Below are positions 27,378-41,034 of a DNA stretch of 64,000 bases, one piece after another. Positions within the stretch are counted from its first letter, which is position 1; the number at the start of each line of letters is the position of its first letter. The DNA is from a virus (Duplodnaviria > Caudoviricetes): positions 1-64,000 of the IMG/VR virus record IMGVR_UViG_3300028888_000066; one strand, 5' to 3'. Under the pieces are notes generated by a model, which ran no database searches, was not told where the DNA came from, and was given only the letters and a program-made list of their open reading frames with translations. The position numbers were made by a program, and so were the translations under genes.

Positions 27378-29282
27378 TCACCTCCCATTAAGAATATTAT
27401 TTAACATCTGATTATAGATATTTGAAACCTCTTTATTATTATTCTTTTCTTTAGCAATAGTCATATAACCCAGACCGAGTATTCTATTTCCTAATTCAAA
27501 ATTGCATACTCCCAATATTAAATATGGAAAATAACTGCCCTATCTTACTATTGTACACCACTGATTTTGTCCAGCATTTATCAAGCCTTTTTCACAGTAA
27601 TCTATTGCTTCCTAAAATTTATTAATTCTATAATAAATTTCTCCGCAAAAGAAATAAAGGTCGCCTACATTTGGTAATAAAGAAATACCTTTGTTTAAGA
27701 CCGCAAGACCTTCCTCTATTTCTCCCATCTAATATAAACATTTACCAAGACTAGCGAAGCATCTACCAATTTCTACATCAGCTAAACCAGATGATTCTGC
27801 TAAAATACGACGATACTCTTTAATCGCTTGTTCATATTTAAAATGTACCTCATATTCTGCAGCTAGCTATAAATGAATTAGCCAATTTAGTGGTTCTTCC
27901 TTTACCTATTGTTCACATAATTCAATATACGTTTCACGATTTGGGTGCGTTGGATAATGCCATACAGTAATTGGAATATTTATACATTCATCTTCAAAAA
28001 ACTGGCGTGAATTTGCAACGTTACAAAGTTGTTCATGTACAAGGCCATTATAATGCCAACTATTATTATGTACTCTAAATTCTAAAAAGCATTGAAGCAC
28101 AGAATCGGTTGCTGGATCCACCTAACGATTATAGGTATAAGAACCTCGTAAAAATAATGGATTCCAAGCATTCTTTATACTATCTACCCATCCATCTTCT
28201 TTAATAATTTCATCTAAATCTACCATAAAATACATAGTAGTATCATTTGGCACTAATTTTAAACTTAAATTTCGCGCAGTATCATACCGCCAAGGAGTTA
28301 TGATTTCTTGCTGAATAATTAAATTAGAATATGATTTTCGAGCTTCCTATAAAAATTCCCAAGTGCCATCGGTAGAGCCTGTATCTAAAATACATAAATA
28401 ATCAGCTTGACTAAAGCATTTAACATAATCTTTTACTTTTATAATTTCATCTTTACATATTGCATATACTGCTAATTTAATTTCATTTTTTGCTTTTTCC
28501 CAGTCTAATAAATTAACTTCATCCTATATTTTTTTATGAGCTAAATCATATAAAACTTCAGAATAGGTTTCTTTAGAAGATTTATAAAAAGCTTTCCAAG
28601 GCTTGCGGCCAATAAAATGAATAAAATAACTATTTTTTAATATATCCTCAACCTAATCTTCCTATACATATGGAGCAAATATATTATAATATTTATTTAA
28701 ATGCAGGCTTGTCTATTTGGGCCAATCAGAATAATATAAATTAAGTACTTCCTAATCAGCAATACAACTATTTTTATTCCAAGAAATAGTTTTCATAAAG
28801 TCTATAATTTTATTATATTCTTCTATATTTGGCTCAATGACAAGTAATCCTGCATTTAAATGCGGCTCATCAGGCCATATATTAAAATATTCTCCATCTA
28901 AAGCGGCGGTTAGATGAGGTTTTTCAAATAGATGATCTATATTTTTTAAAACCATAATATCTGCATCTAAAAAGATAATTTTATCAAATTCTGTAAAACT
29001 AAATATTTTAAATTTAGTAAAAGTTAAAGCCCAAGTTCGCGCAAAAATAGCATTAACTTTTGAGTTATATTCAATAAAGCTATCTACTTTAATTGCTTCT
29101 ATTATTCTATATTTTAAATTTAACTATTCTAATATATTTAATACTGGTTTTGAAACATTAGGTGTAACTATTACTTCTAATGGATATTCAGTATTAACTT
29201 CCTATAAACTCTTTTGTAATAAAATAATTCCATATATATAGCTATCATCTGATAGTAATGTCATATAAGAATAATTTTTCAT
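27378..29282 (-). CDS. GT8-GT2-TPR fused glycosyltransferase (TAG read-through)
   Basis: FLDAD, AD(TAG)EVLN, HFIGRKPW, then in frame AICKDE, DTGSTDGT, DLDE, and a helical TPR-like tail. Confidence 0.85.
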
Positions 29283-29309
29283 AATACTCCTTTTTCCTCC
29301 TTTAATTCA

Positions 29310-30452
29310 TTAGGTATAACTTACAGTTGCATTTGTGGACGCACTTGTCGCGGTAACACTTGTAATAATAGAAGCCGTTACGCTAACATTACCAGCAGTG
29401 CCAGTAAACCCATATGTATCTGGCACAGTAATAGCCATAGAGGCTGAATAAATAGTTGTACCATTAAAAGTACCACTTCCAGTAATAGAACCAACTGTTT
29501 TAACCACTGATGCACTAGCCGTACCGCCTAAGGTATTTGCAGAACTAGAAACAAGCTAATTTAAACTAAGAACGTGTCCAGAAACAGAAGCGTATAATAA
29601 TGAAGCATTATTTGCTGGAGGTGTAGTGGTTAATCCTGTTAATGCTTGAATTCCAGTGACAGAAGAAATTACATTTGTCGTGGTGCCACCACTAGCAGAA
29701 GCGGAAATCGCAACCGTGCCAGCTGGCTTATACACCCAATAATTTGCAGTACTGGCTGGGGTGACACTAGTGGAAGTAATTTTTAAATATTTAGTCGTGC
29801 TGCCAGTAAGTGTTATGGAACCTGATGGAGTAAATTGACCTTTAGATGTAACAGTAGTAGCGCCGGTATTAATCGCAGTCACTTTATCATATTTTACTAC
29901 CACACTGTTTTTATAAGCCAGAGTACCTAAATCTTGCGCACCAATATCGCCAAAGAATTGCCATTTTGAACCGTCCCAAATGTATTCTTGTGCTGCATGA
30001 TTTGCGGGTTTATATATTGCAATTGCGCCAGTCGTAGCATTTATAGTTGTAGAATCAACTTGAATTGAAGTCGCCGTAGAACCGTCTGTAAGTGTTGTAG
30101 ATGATACACCTATAAACGAGGTATATTTAGACATGCCATCAACACGCGTTGTTAATTGACCTAGATTTGAAGAAACACTATTAACTGTCCCAGAAATACT
30201 ATTTACAGTACCTGACAAACTGTTAACTCGTGAAGATACACTATTTACATTGCCAGAAATACTATTTACTGTTCCAGATAAACTATTAACGCGCGAAGAG
30301 ACACTATTTAAATTACTAGATATACTATCAACAGTAGTGCTCATTGCGTCAACGGCTTGGCGTGCCGCGAGGTCAACAATTTCATAAGTATTATTACTTG
30401 GTAGAGTAATCTATTTTATATACAAAGTATCATTTGATGGAGTGATTGCCAT
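29310..30452 (-). CDS. fibre protein with heptad repeat coil
   Basis: (VNSISGT/VNSVSSR/VNSLSGT)n, EYIWDGSKWQFFG, Ser/Thr-rich tail. Confidence 0.8.
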
Positions 30453-30467
30453 ATTCTCTCCCTCCTA

Positions 30468-31121
30468 TTAATTTCTCGTTAAGATAAGATTATTTTCAAC
30501 AACCGTATCCGTACAAGTAATTTTATTATTCCAAGAATCTTTATCCTACTATGTTACATGAATTACATTATTTGTGATATGTGCATTAAGTTCATTTCGT
30601 AATGGTATAACTACGTCATCTCCGACAAAAGGCAAATCAATACATGGCGTGCTACCATCAGATATTTTAATTCCTGGAACAGTTTTTACAATGCCATTAT
30701 TTAATGTTAATGTTCCATGATCTGTAAACACAAGTATAGTGCCTTGTGGAGCTACATACGTAGAACGTGATTGCCATTCTGTAGTAGTTCCAATCATAAT
30801 ATTCTAACCAGCGATATCCCCTAAAACATCCCAATATGTACCATCATATATAAATGTATAAATATTACCGCTAGTTAACATATCACTACCAATCTAAACA
30901 TTATTATAGTAGATATCAATCGCGCCGGTATTGTTAACATTTAATGTAGCATTTGCTACTACTTCTCCTACTTTAACGTGTACATATGCTCCCGGCGCTA
31001 AAGCAAAATTATTAATTCCAGCTGTTAATGCAGAGCTTGTTCCACCAGCTGTTGCAAATAATAAAGGTTCAATTAAATAGGACTAATCATTAGATATATT
31101 AATTGTATGAATATAGCCCAT
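30468..31121 (-). CDS. tail fibre-associated protein
   Basis: ATLNVNNTGAIDI...FIYDGTYW, KISDG...LPFV. Confidence 0.75.
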
Positions 31122-31131
31122 TTATATCACC

Positions 31132-32265
31132 TCATGTTCCGCTAGAATTGGGAACTACAACAGTAGTATTGTTAGTATTTAAAGATGCCTATGTTCCAGC
31201 ATTCCAACCAGACGCGGAACCGACAGAAATAGCAGTTCCTAATACAGGAACAGCATTAGGAGTAAATTCATCAACGCCCTATATAGTAATAGGAGTCGCA
31301 TCAAGAATTGTATTCTATCCTATATTTAATGTAAGTATACCACCAGTAACTGAAGCAGTAGTTGCTGTGCCAGCCTGTGTAACCTTTGGTACTGTATGTG
31401 TGGTAGTTGTTAAAGAAGCAGTTGTTCCAACATTAGTAATATTAGGAATACTAACAGAAGTTACTGTTAATGTTGGTAACGTATTAGCTGTAAAGCTGCT
31501 CACCTCAGTAATCGTATCAGTACTTGATTTTAATGCATAACTGCCTTCATCACCTAATTCAATCCAAGCCGAATCTGCAGCATTATCTCCCTTCAAATAA
31601 ACATATTCTTTATTATTCGGTCCTAAAACTACATCTCCAGAATCATAAGAATTAAATGTATCGGAACTGGTTGCATCAGGTAAAGAGTTTACTGAACCTT
31701 TAAAATGCATTGCTCCAGTTAATCCACTTAAGCCAGCAGTACGCTCATTAACATATGAAACAACAGCTTCAGTTGTAGGTAAATCTGCGCTGGCTGTATT
31801 ACTATTAATATTCGTGACTACTCCCTTTACCGCCGCAGCCGCGATATCACTCTCTGTTAAGGCTTTATTATTTACAGCATCATACGCAGTTTTAAATACA
31901 TATTCAATATGGGTATCTACATTATCATTAGCAATCCATGTCTCGGTCTCATCTAGTGTAAAGCTAATGATAGTTCCCGCTTCACACACAGGCATACCAA
32001 CAACGGCTTTCGCAATAACATTGCCAACTGCAAGAGTAATATTGGAAGTAGCGGTATTACCATATACAAATTTTACGTGAATAGTAGTGCCTTGAATAGG
32101 GCTATCATACTTTGCATTTATAAATTTTCCACTGGTATCATCAGTAGTGCTATTAACAGTTTTCGCGGCTACTTCCGGTGCTACTTTACAAATACCATAT
32201 AAAGTAGAACCAATTAATACTGGAGTAGCTGAGCCTATCTAAACTTGTCCAATATATCCACTCAT
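31132..32265 (-). CDS. tail fibre-associated protein
   Basis: One frame with TAG=Q. GAMHFKG...EYVY...WIELGDE. Confidence 0.75.
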
Positions 32266-32810
32266 GAATTATTACCTCCTTGTGTAATATTTGTTACAAC
32301 CTAATAATTTTCTTTTAATAGTTCTGGAATCCAACCGTTATCTACTACTAATGTATTACTAGTAACTGAAGCGGCTGTCATTTTACCCGCACTCCAACTA
32401 ATAATATTTGTTACTGTGGTTTTAGAAACATTAAATTCAAAATTAGAAAGTTGTGTATATCCACTATTAGCCGCGTAATGATAAATACGACTAGTAGCTA
32501 AATCAACATATAATTTATCGGGTGAGCCAGGAGACGGAAGATCATTAAAAGTTGGTACTTTTACGATTTCTGTCTCTGTCCCATTTAAAGTTCCCGCGTC
32601 AATAAATGGTAAATTCACTACATTGGTAGTGCCATCACCAACCTTTAAACGAGAAAAAGGGTGAGCATTATCAGCTGAATAGATGATAAGCTCACCCGCA
32701 AGTGGTATAAAACCAGTAGATCCATTTTTTGGAGCTGCCTTATTCCAATTGGTTTCAGTATCACTTTTCAACTGAATTCTCGTTTTTATGGTATTATTGG
32801 CCGTTGCCAT
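32262..32810 (-). CDS. Mtd_N-like tail fibre protein
   Basis: RIQLKSDTETNW...GE...LKVGDG...LPF. Confidence 0.78.
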
Positions 32811-32842
32811 AAAAACACCTCCTTGGCATCATTCCAGCCAAG

Positions 32843-34462
32843 TTAACTATTAGATATAGTAGGATGTGATTCGCTGTCACTTGTTCCACAATCTAATATG
32901 ATATATGTATTTGCAGTCTATCTTAGATCCATGACATCTCCTGTCATAGCAATTCGTTCTAATAATAAATTTTTAGAACTCTATGGAACACTCGTAGTGC
33001 TACCTGCCCCATCTGGAATTGTAGCTCCTTCAAGTACATTTAAATTTAGATCGCTCTAATTTAGTAAAATTCTAACTTGTTTTTGTTCATTTGGAACCCA
33101 TTCAACACCATTGATAAAAATTTGTTCAATTTTATTTTCATGCTCTGTGTGTGGGTCTGGAGTAATATTAATTACTTTATTAACAGGTGTTATAGTGGTG
33201 CTATTGTATACCACTGCCTCAATTGTATTAACTTGCGCTCCAGTGGCAATACCTGTTAATTTATTCATAAATGTGTCGGTAAAATCATTAGATGTAAGTA
33301 CTTTACCCTCTTCTACGTCTACTTTACCCGCAAGTGAAGCAGTTAAGCCTGCAATTTTTGATTGAGCAATTGCTGCAGATGTACTAATATCAGCATTAAC
33401 AATGCTTCCCTTAATTGCATAACTGCTTTCATCGCCAAGCAGACGCCAAGCATCATCTGCCCAAATAAATTCAGCAGAATCATATAAAATAACATCACCT
33501 GCATGAACATTAGAAAAGTTGTATCCATTAATTACAGGATTTGCCGTACTACCATTAACAATTGGTTCTGTTGCGATACCAATAAACTACATTGCCCCGC
33601 TTAAATTTGAAATAGCGCCGTCTACATAACTTTTAACTACGCTGCTTGGCACTAAATAGTTATTATTATTAATTTCAGTTGCGATTGGTATTAATTGAAC
33701 TGGATTTGTACCATTACCAACTAATACACTATTTGCAGTTAGTGAAGATAAACCTGTGCCACCTTGTGCAACTGTGGCCGTTCCACTAATATTAGAAAAT
33801 GATGGCTATGCTCGAGAAACGGAAATAGTTCCGCCCGTTTGTGAAACTTCAGTAACAAACTAATTTGCTACTGCCGTATCAGAAGAATTAATTGTACTAA
33901 TATAGGATTCAATTTCTTCATCTAAATCATTATATTGATTTAAACTGGAAATTCCAATCCAATTTATAATAGTATTTAAATTACTTAAATCAATATAACT
34001 ATCTGTATCTGTAACCCAATTGTTACTTTCGGTAGTTTCCTTATAACGCAAGTAATATTTATTCGCATTTGCTCCTGTACCCTAAATAAATTGATATATT
34101 CTAGGCTCAATTGCATCTTCTGATGTAGCTGGCAAAAGTCCTGTAATATAATCTTGCAACCCCTAAATTTCACCATAAGTATATGTTGGTTTATAAGCGC
34201 TTTTCGCCCAATCATATACATCAGCTGAAATTGCTTGTACCCAGGGTAACTATTTGAAAGTATGAGTACCATCACCAATTTTAATACCAATAGCAGGTGG
34301 AGTATATTCTGGTTCTGAGTTAGATAATGACTCAATCGTATAATCTAACGGAAAAGCACAAATGGCGGCTTCACCGCGCATTAGTACAGTATTGTTAGTC
34401 ATCCACTAACTATAAGTACCATATCGTAACTATATTCGTACATCAAGTGTATTATCCGCCAT
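32843..34462 (-). CDS. Mtd_N-like tail fibre protein
   Basis: RI(TAG)LRYGTY...GE...IKIGDG...LPW, QGGTG motif, 539 aa. Confidence 0.78.
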
Positions 34463-34478
34463 CTGAACTCACCTCCTA

Positions 34479-35183
34479 TTATGTTGTAGCTGTACCCCCG
34501 TTAAGGATTAATGTATCGCCAGATGGTACATATAATTTGGAGGTGGAAACCGTAGTTAATGACATAAAACCTTCATTATTGACTGAAATACGATCAGCTG
34601 CGGTAGAAGACATAACACCACCTAGGACTAAATCAGTAGCGGGAGTTAATGTGAATGCACTTGCAGTACTTCCAATTAAATCCCAAGCATTGCTGATATA
34701 CATGTATTCATCATAACCAGTGCCAGCTGAATTAGGGACCATATAAATAGTATTTTCATTAATATTTGTGACAGGAAGTTCTTCTACAATAGCACGACGT
34801 AAATGCCCAGACTAAGCAATAGCATTTGCTACGAAGCGCTGTAAATAGCTATAATTAATAGCATCCGTAGATTCTGTTGGATCATCATTAATTATAATAT
34901 GAGCACTTCCACCAGAATTTGCAATTAAATTATTAATCTATGTCGCAAAAGTATCCCCAAAAGTTAAAGAGCCATCTGACATAGTTTTAAAATATGAAGT
35001 ATCTAACTTATTTAAATAACGTAAGTTATTCCAATTGGTAGTGCCGTCACCAATTTTTAATAAATAAGTATTAGTTTCTAAGCCATATTCGCCCTAGGCT
35101 AAAACAGGATTTTGTTGCGCCCATTCTGTAGAAGTATCACTTCTAATTTTCATAGTAACGCGAACTGTATTTTCCACTGCCAT
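34479..35183 (-). CDS. Mtd_N-like tail fibre protein
   Basis: RSDTSTEW..QNPVLA(TAG)GEYGLET...KIGDGTTNWNNLRY. Confidence 0.8.
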
Positions 35184-35596
35184 TAGGCGTCACCTCCTTC
35201 TAAAATTGTATTTGTAATGAGTGTTGTGCTAACTGGACGATAAGCATTATCAAACCAGTGATATAGAATATGTTCATCTAAATCAAAGTATAATTTATTT
35301 GGATCCCCATAACGAGGAAAGTTTTTATAAAAATCAAATACAACTTCCTAATGATTGCGTTCCAAATATAAACCAAAAGAATTATAAAATTCTTCTCGCG
35401 TTCCCTAAAAACCACTATTAATAGCAAAATTATACAGAAGTTCACCAATTATTTCTTGACTTGGATTAAATTCATGGCTATTGCCCCAAGGATATAACAT
35501 TGCTAGCCCGCCGACACGAGGTCTAATAGGCACAATAGTGGAATATTCTAGTAATAAATCTCTTGTGCGAGTACGATTACTTATATATGCGCTCAT
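35183..35596 (-). CDS. hypothetical structural protein
   Basis: One frame with TAG=Q, FPRYGDPNKLYFD motif. Confidence 0.7.
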
Positions 35597-35955
35597 GGTG
35601 CCTCCCTGACTTCGCATTTTGGTAAACTAAAAGCTGAATAGTAGGAATCTATTTGTTCCGCGCCCAGGGGAATATTCTAATCATCATAACTTGTTGGATT
35701 ATGATAAATTTTCACATCCCATAAATAACGATTACTCGGCTCAATATCAATTGTGTCTTTATGCGCGAAATTAAAAATGACCTGTCTATTAGCATCCATT
35801 TCACCTACGAGTCTTAATACAGTAGTTTTATAAAGTGGGTCATAAATTGCTAATACTGCGGTATCGCCCCGTTCCGCAGTCTATAGTAATGGTAAAGTAA
35901 ACGACCCCGTATCTCCCTATGGAATTATTAAGCGTCGCAGTATTATTCTAATCAT
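35593..35955 (-). CDS. BppU-like baseplate protein
   Basis: IP(TAG)GDTGSF...DT......YLWDVKI. Confidence 0.6.
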
Positions 35956-35960
35956 TTATT

Positions 35961-36512
35961 TCACCACCCTAGTTTCTTTTTATATTTATGATAAAATTTA
36001 TTCTATTCATCAATAATAAAATAAATATCATATCCTAATGTTTCTAATTTGATAAGTTCTTTTTGAGCCTTCTATAGTTCTTTATCAACCTCTGCAATTA
36101 ACTTATCAATATATAATGTCGCGGCTATTTCATCTATTTCTTCTAAAGCCCGCTTCATTTCCTAATATAATTTTTTAGTAGATTTTTCCCATTCAATCCA
36201 TTTTGAAATTAATTCTTTTACAGTATTACGTTTTGTTCCTGTATCTACAGCTATAGTAGAATATTTATGCCATGCTTCAGGGATTAATTTTGGTGAGGCA
36301 ACATTTTCAATTACTAAAAACTTTAAATAATGTGATGAATAGTAATGAGAAAGGTGCCTATAGGATTCTGTTTCTTTAATAAAATGATAACTCTAACAAA
36401 TAGAATAACCATACAATCCTAGAAAATCATACAATTTAGCCATTTCATCATGATACTTTAGCCCTTCTAACATATGAGAAGCTATTTTATTAAAAATCTC
36501 TTCAACAGTCAT
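35961..36512 (-). CDS. ferritin-like helical hypothetical protein
   Basis: 183 aa with TAG=Q, His/Glu-rich helices. Confidence 0.6.
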
Positions 36513-36525
36513 ATGAATCACTCCT

Positions 36526-36552
36526 TAAAAAGAGGGCGGGCGAACCCGCCCT
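36526..36552 (-). terminator. intrinsic terminator
   Basis: AGGGCGGG-TTCG-CCCGCCCT followed by a T-rich run. Confidence 0.7.
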
Positions 36553-36555
36553 ATA

Positions 36556-36969
36556 TTAACGAATCTTGGTGATTACTACATTAATATGAGCGTCACTAAC
36601 AGCAGTATCACCATTCATAAATTGAAGAGTAGTTGGGCTGGTAAGGCAATTACAATTACAATTATTTTCTAATACGCGAACGAAAGTTTTAAAACCAAAG
36701 GTGCGAGTATCAGTAACAGCTGCAGGTACAAAAGTAGTGATAGCCTGCGGCTGAGCCACACCATTTACAAATAGTTGAACGGATACTTCTGTGGCCGCAT
36801 CTGGAGTAGCAAAGCCATCCATCTCTACCAAATAAACGCCCTATTTATTTAATTGAATTGTTGCGGGTGCGCTTAATGCTTCGGCGCATCCTTTATCCAT
36901 AACTACATTATTGAATGGGAATGCTGTATTCGCAGCAACCGCTAAATTATCAGAATAAACCTATAACAT
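36556..36969 (-). CDS. hypothetical protein (BclA C-terminal/C1q-like beta fold possible)
   Basis: ML(TAG)VYSDN...FPFNNVV...IQLNK(TAG)GVYLV. Confidence 0.7.
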
Positions 36970-37047
36970 AACTCATTCCTCCTTTATATGAAAAAAGAGG
37001 GCGTACCAAGTACGCCCTATATGTTTGGTGTACTAAATACACTCGGA

Positions 37048-37683
37048 TTACATATTACATCCTCCACAGAATGGAGAGTTTCCAGCATTATAGGTCCATC
37101 CATTTGGATAGCGGACTACACCCTGGAGTTGATTCTGTAGTTCTAGTTGATTAATACGATTCTGCATGGCTTCTATCTTGTTGCCCATAATAGCATCAAG
37201 AATTTTCTGATTCTGTGCTACAATATTTGCATTTGTGGCAGCGTCGCGCATAGCAGCATCATAATTATTCTGGAGAATTAATTGTTTAGTCTGGCAGCAA
37301 CAATCATTCTGATGTGCTAGTAAGTTGGCTTGACCAACTGCTAAACCAGCTACATCGCGCTGTAACTCATTATATTTATCGCCAACATAACCAACTATAT
37401 CATGATAGACTTGATTAGTTGTCTGTACGCCAGTCATAGAGGCTGCATTTACCGCGGCTAAAATATCACGAGTCTGTGCCTGCAGATTCTAGTTATCAAA
37501 TCCACGATTAATATCATTTTGAATTGCATTGGAATTACCATTGCCGCCATTCCATCCAAATCCACCGCCCATCATAGCGAGGATAGCGAATAGCCAAATC
37601 ATTCCGCCCCAACCGTTGCCGAAGCCATCTCCATCACGAGACATTAAAGCAACGTCAGATGCTGTTAAACCGTTTTCACCCAT
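37048..37683 (-). CDS. Gly-rich membrane/coiled-coil protein common in Firmicute phages
   Basis: GGMIWLFAILAMMGGG...DCCCQTK, with one TAG joining two ORFs. Confidence 0.8.
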
Positions 37684-37878
37684 TTTTATCACCCCAAATA
37701 ATATTATTTGCTAGATAAGAAATAACAACCTATTATTTCTACTATAATATTATTTCATCGTGTCGGATCCTTACACGCTCTTCGTAGTGGTAGAACGTAA
37801 TAAGTTTATTAAAATCCTTCTAACATAGATTATGTAGGAGTGTATGGATAAAATCAGATAATTTTTTTCAAATGGATA

Positions 37879-37911
37879 AAAAAAAAGAAGTACAGCATAA
37901 GCTGTACTTCT
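37879..37911 (-). terminator. intrinsic terminator
   Basis: AGAAGTACAGC-TTAT-GCTGTACTTCT followed by a T run. Confidence 0.8.
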
Positions 37912-37996
37912 AAACCGTCCTCACCCAAACGGTTTACGTTCCCCCTTCAACTCAAGGGTGTAGTCCAGGATTTTTCTTTTCCTTTTCTACATTTAT

Positions 37997-38025
37997 ATTA
38001 TAACAGAAATTTGACTCAAAGTCAA
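37997..38025 (-). promoter_or_regulatory. sigmaA-type promoter for a short non-coding transcript
   Basis: TTGACT-17nt-TATAAT. Confidence 0.75.
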
Positions 38026-38082
38026 ATATTAGGTTGTAATGATTTGTAAAAAATTTTTAACGAAAGATTAAAAGTTAAATAT

Positions 38083-38484
38083 TTATATCTCTTTCCAACC
38101 CGCTGGATAAGCAGCTGGACTCCAAATATTATTATCAATTACACTTTCATATACTTTTCCATCAAACATTACCTTATCACCAATCATATAAGGATTAGTG
38201 CTATCTGGTTGTTCCCATTCTGGAATAATATCTGGAGATGGAATTAATACTTTGGCCCATAGGCTTGGCGCAGCGGTAGGAATCCAAGAGCTAATAGAAT
38301 TATGCGCTTGAAGGCATTTATATAAAATGCCTTCAAATTTAACGCGCATATCTTTGCTATAATTAGTATCTGATTTCCATTCAGGAAATAACTCTATAGC
38401 CTCGAGAGCATCTTCATCTCCTAACGAAACGGCGGCTTTTTCTATATAGGGCCGTAATTTATAAGCTAATTCTACTAATGTCAT
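38083..38484 (-). CDS. carbohydrate-binding (CBM5/12-like) protein
   Basis: W.....Y....RV...G.LYKCLQAH...W.P...PSLW, and Y.IGDKV.FDGKVYES...N.WSP. Confidence 0.8.
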   Translation of the reverse strand: MTLVELAYKLRPYIEKAAVSLGDEDALEAIELFPEWKSDTNYSKDMRVKFEGILYKCLQAHNSISSWIPTAAPSLWAKVLIPSPDIIPEWEQPDSTNPYMIGDKVMFDGKVYESVIDNNIWSPAAYPAGWKEI

Positions 38485-38486
38485 AA

Positions 38487-38711
38487 TTAATCAACCCCCA
38501 ATAGAATTTTTGCCGCGGTTAACTACTGTGCTAAAGATAAAAGATATTCATCTTTTGTATATTCTATACAATCATATTCATATCCTTCTTCAATATATCC
38601 ATCAATATTTTTATTATATTCTGTAATATTACTGGCCACAAAAACAGAATTTTCAGTCATTTCAATGTCTTGTGGTCTATTAGTGCTACGAATTTTACCA
38701 AGATTTTTCAT
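38487..38711 (-). CDS. hypothetical protein
   Basis: MKNLGKIRST..., continues through a TAG to KILLGVD. Confidence 0.65.
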
Positions 38712-38716
38712 GACTA

Positions 38717-40702
38717 TCAACTCCTTGCATTTTGCCATTTAAGAATATTACTATTATAAATTGTATTTTTTGTTGGGATATATAGCAGACGAGCGCCATA
38801 AGCTTTATAAGTAGAATCATATGGTAACTTATCACATCCATAATAAAAGGGTCCATCTGCTTCAGCAAAGGCCCAGCCGCCGCCTTGAACTACCATACGG
38901 ATTCCGCTCATATTTTTATCAAACCAGCCATTATCTCCAACTGGTAATACACTATTAGCGTTTTCTGCACTAGCGGGCATTAATAACCAGTCATATGTTT
39001 TATTTCCATACCCCATTGCAGAAATCCAACCATTATTATTTGGTAAACTAAATCCAGCGCTCTCATAGTCCTCAGTAACTTGATTATATGAATAATTGGT
39101 ATTTTTACAAATATACGGTATTCCACCATTAGAAGCGGCATTACCTTGAATAAGAATACCATTTAACATTTCCCATACATTTCCCCAAGGATTTTCTAAG
39201 CCACGATAACTAATAGAAGATTTATCTGCATCATTAGTAGTATATGTCGTTCCATTAGATTCAATAGTTGTAGTTGTTGCAATACCACTATTATTTCCTA
39301 AAGTAGAAGTCGCACCTGTAATTGCAGCCTAGTTATACTCATTATTAACTAAATTACAAACTCCTTGTCCAAGAGCAGCCTACCCATTAAAAGTGCCAAA
39401 CTCAACGACTTCAAGCATCTAATTTGCGCTCTCTGCTTCAATCGTAAAAATATGCCATCCATTACCACGATTGTTTGCTAATTGTTCTGCTTTCTAGAAA
39501 TTTAATGCACTACTGCCTGTTATAGGTTTTGTACCTGCGAGTGATGTTAATTTGTCATTATTAAAATCAACATCTGAAGCTGTATTTACTACATAGGTAT
39601 TCTCACTAGCATCTTCTAACCCACCTTCATAAGCAGAAAACAATACATAATCAAGCTCATCACCGTTAGGAAGTACAAAAATAGGATGTAGTTTAAATCC
39701 ACTCTGTTTGTCATAAGAGATCATTAAAGAATCTCTAACAATAGTTTTACCAACTTTATTTGATGTAGTAGATAGAGGAATACGCTGATAATAGAATTTC
39801 GGCTGATAAATCATAACCTATCCATTAGAACCATCTTCTGCATAGTTATTATCACCATAGAAAGCTGTAATTTCTCCATTATCATTAACATTACAGCGCA
39901 TACGTCCACCATACATTTCATATATATCAAAATCTGTACCCATTTCTTTATCTGTAGCCTACTAAGTACGTTTAACTATTTTATTTTCATAGTCTATTTC
40001 TATACCAACAGCATCTCTTGCGACATATCCGCCACCAAGAATTAATGCTTCGATTAACTCCTCTTCTGATACAATACCAGACTAGATATTACCATCTTCA
40101 CCGACGACAACAATCTTACCCTCATTTTCATCTCCAAGATTGGAAACTCCGCCACCACTGCCACTTCCGCTTCCAGAAGGAATTGCGGCGATAGCATTAT
40201 TTACATATACGGTGGTAGCATAGTTGTTTAGTACGGTAGTATCTGCTTTAGTATCTAAAGCATCTGTGATGGCTTTTTGAGTCATAGTGCCATCTTCATT
40301 GCTACCGGTATTTTTATATAGTTTTGTAATATTTTGAGTATTAAGTGTATCATCTGGATAGGTTGTAATTACTTGAAGAGTATTCGCTGTATTACCTGTA
40401 ACTGTATTAGTATTGACAGTTAACTTCTTAACCTCGGCATCTACGTCTTCTACATCAAGTGTATTTATTTGCGCTTCTTGTGCAGTTTCTAAAGCCTATT
40501 GAGCTTCTTCTAATAATGACGCTGCTTCCTCACGTGCAGTGGCAATTTCATCTGCCGCGGCTTCAACTGTCTAAATAGCAGTAGTAGCATCTTGTTCGGC
40601 CTTTTCAGCTTTTGCAGCAGCAGCGTTAGCAATAGAAACATATGTTTCAGTCTAGCCCTATGGTGTCATAGCTCTCGCTAGCATAACATCAATTATATCC
40701 AT
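38717..40702 (-). CDS. tail fibre/receptor-binding protein (661 aa)
   Basis: One frame with TAG=Q. VMIYQPKFYY, GFKLHP.F, SAYEG, YRGLENPWGNVW motifs. Confidence 0.78.
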
Positions 40703-40704
40703 TA

Positions 40705-40914
40705 TTAATCACCTGCCTGCTCTACGCCAAAAACGCACCACTGTTTATTACTATCGGCTATAAAAACCTATATGCCTGGCTTTAATACAACTGCTATTGT
40801 GCCAAGATTAATGTCAGAAGCTGGAATCTTATCTCGATCACTCACTGTATCACAAAAAAATTCATTAGTGATTTCATTGTCTAATGAACCGCGTTTAGTC
40901 ATTTTATATGCCAT
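40705..40914 (-). CDS. small hypothetical structural protein
   Basis: MAYKMTKRG...EFFCDT, one TAG. Confidence 0.65.
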
Positions 40915-41034
40915 GATTATCACATCCTTATATTAAATTGGGATATTCCCTAATTAAAAGGTATTATCGCTATGAAAAAATAATTATTTTTATTTTGAAT
41001 ATATAAAAAAATAAGGGCGCAAAAGCGCCCTTTA

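Noticed and set aside
32262-40702. Diversity-generating retroelement suggested by Mtd-like domains
   Set aside because: No reverse transcriptase or TR/VR pair with adenine-specific mismatches was seen in this window.
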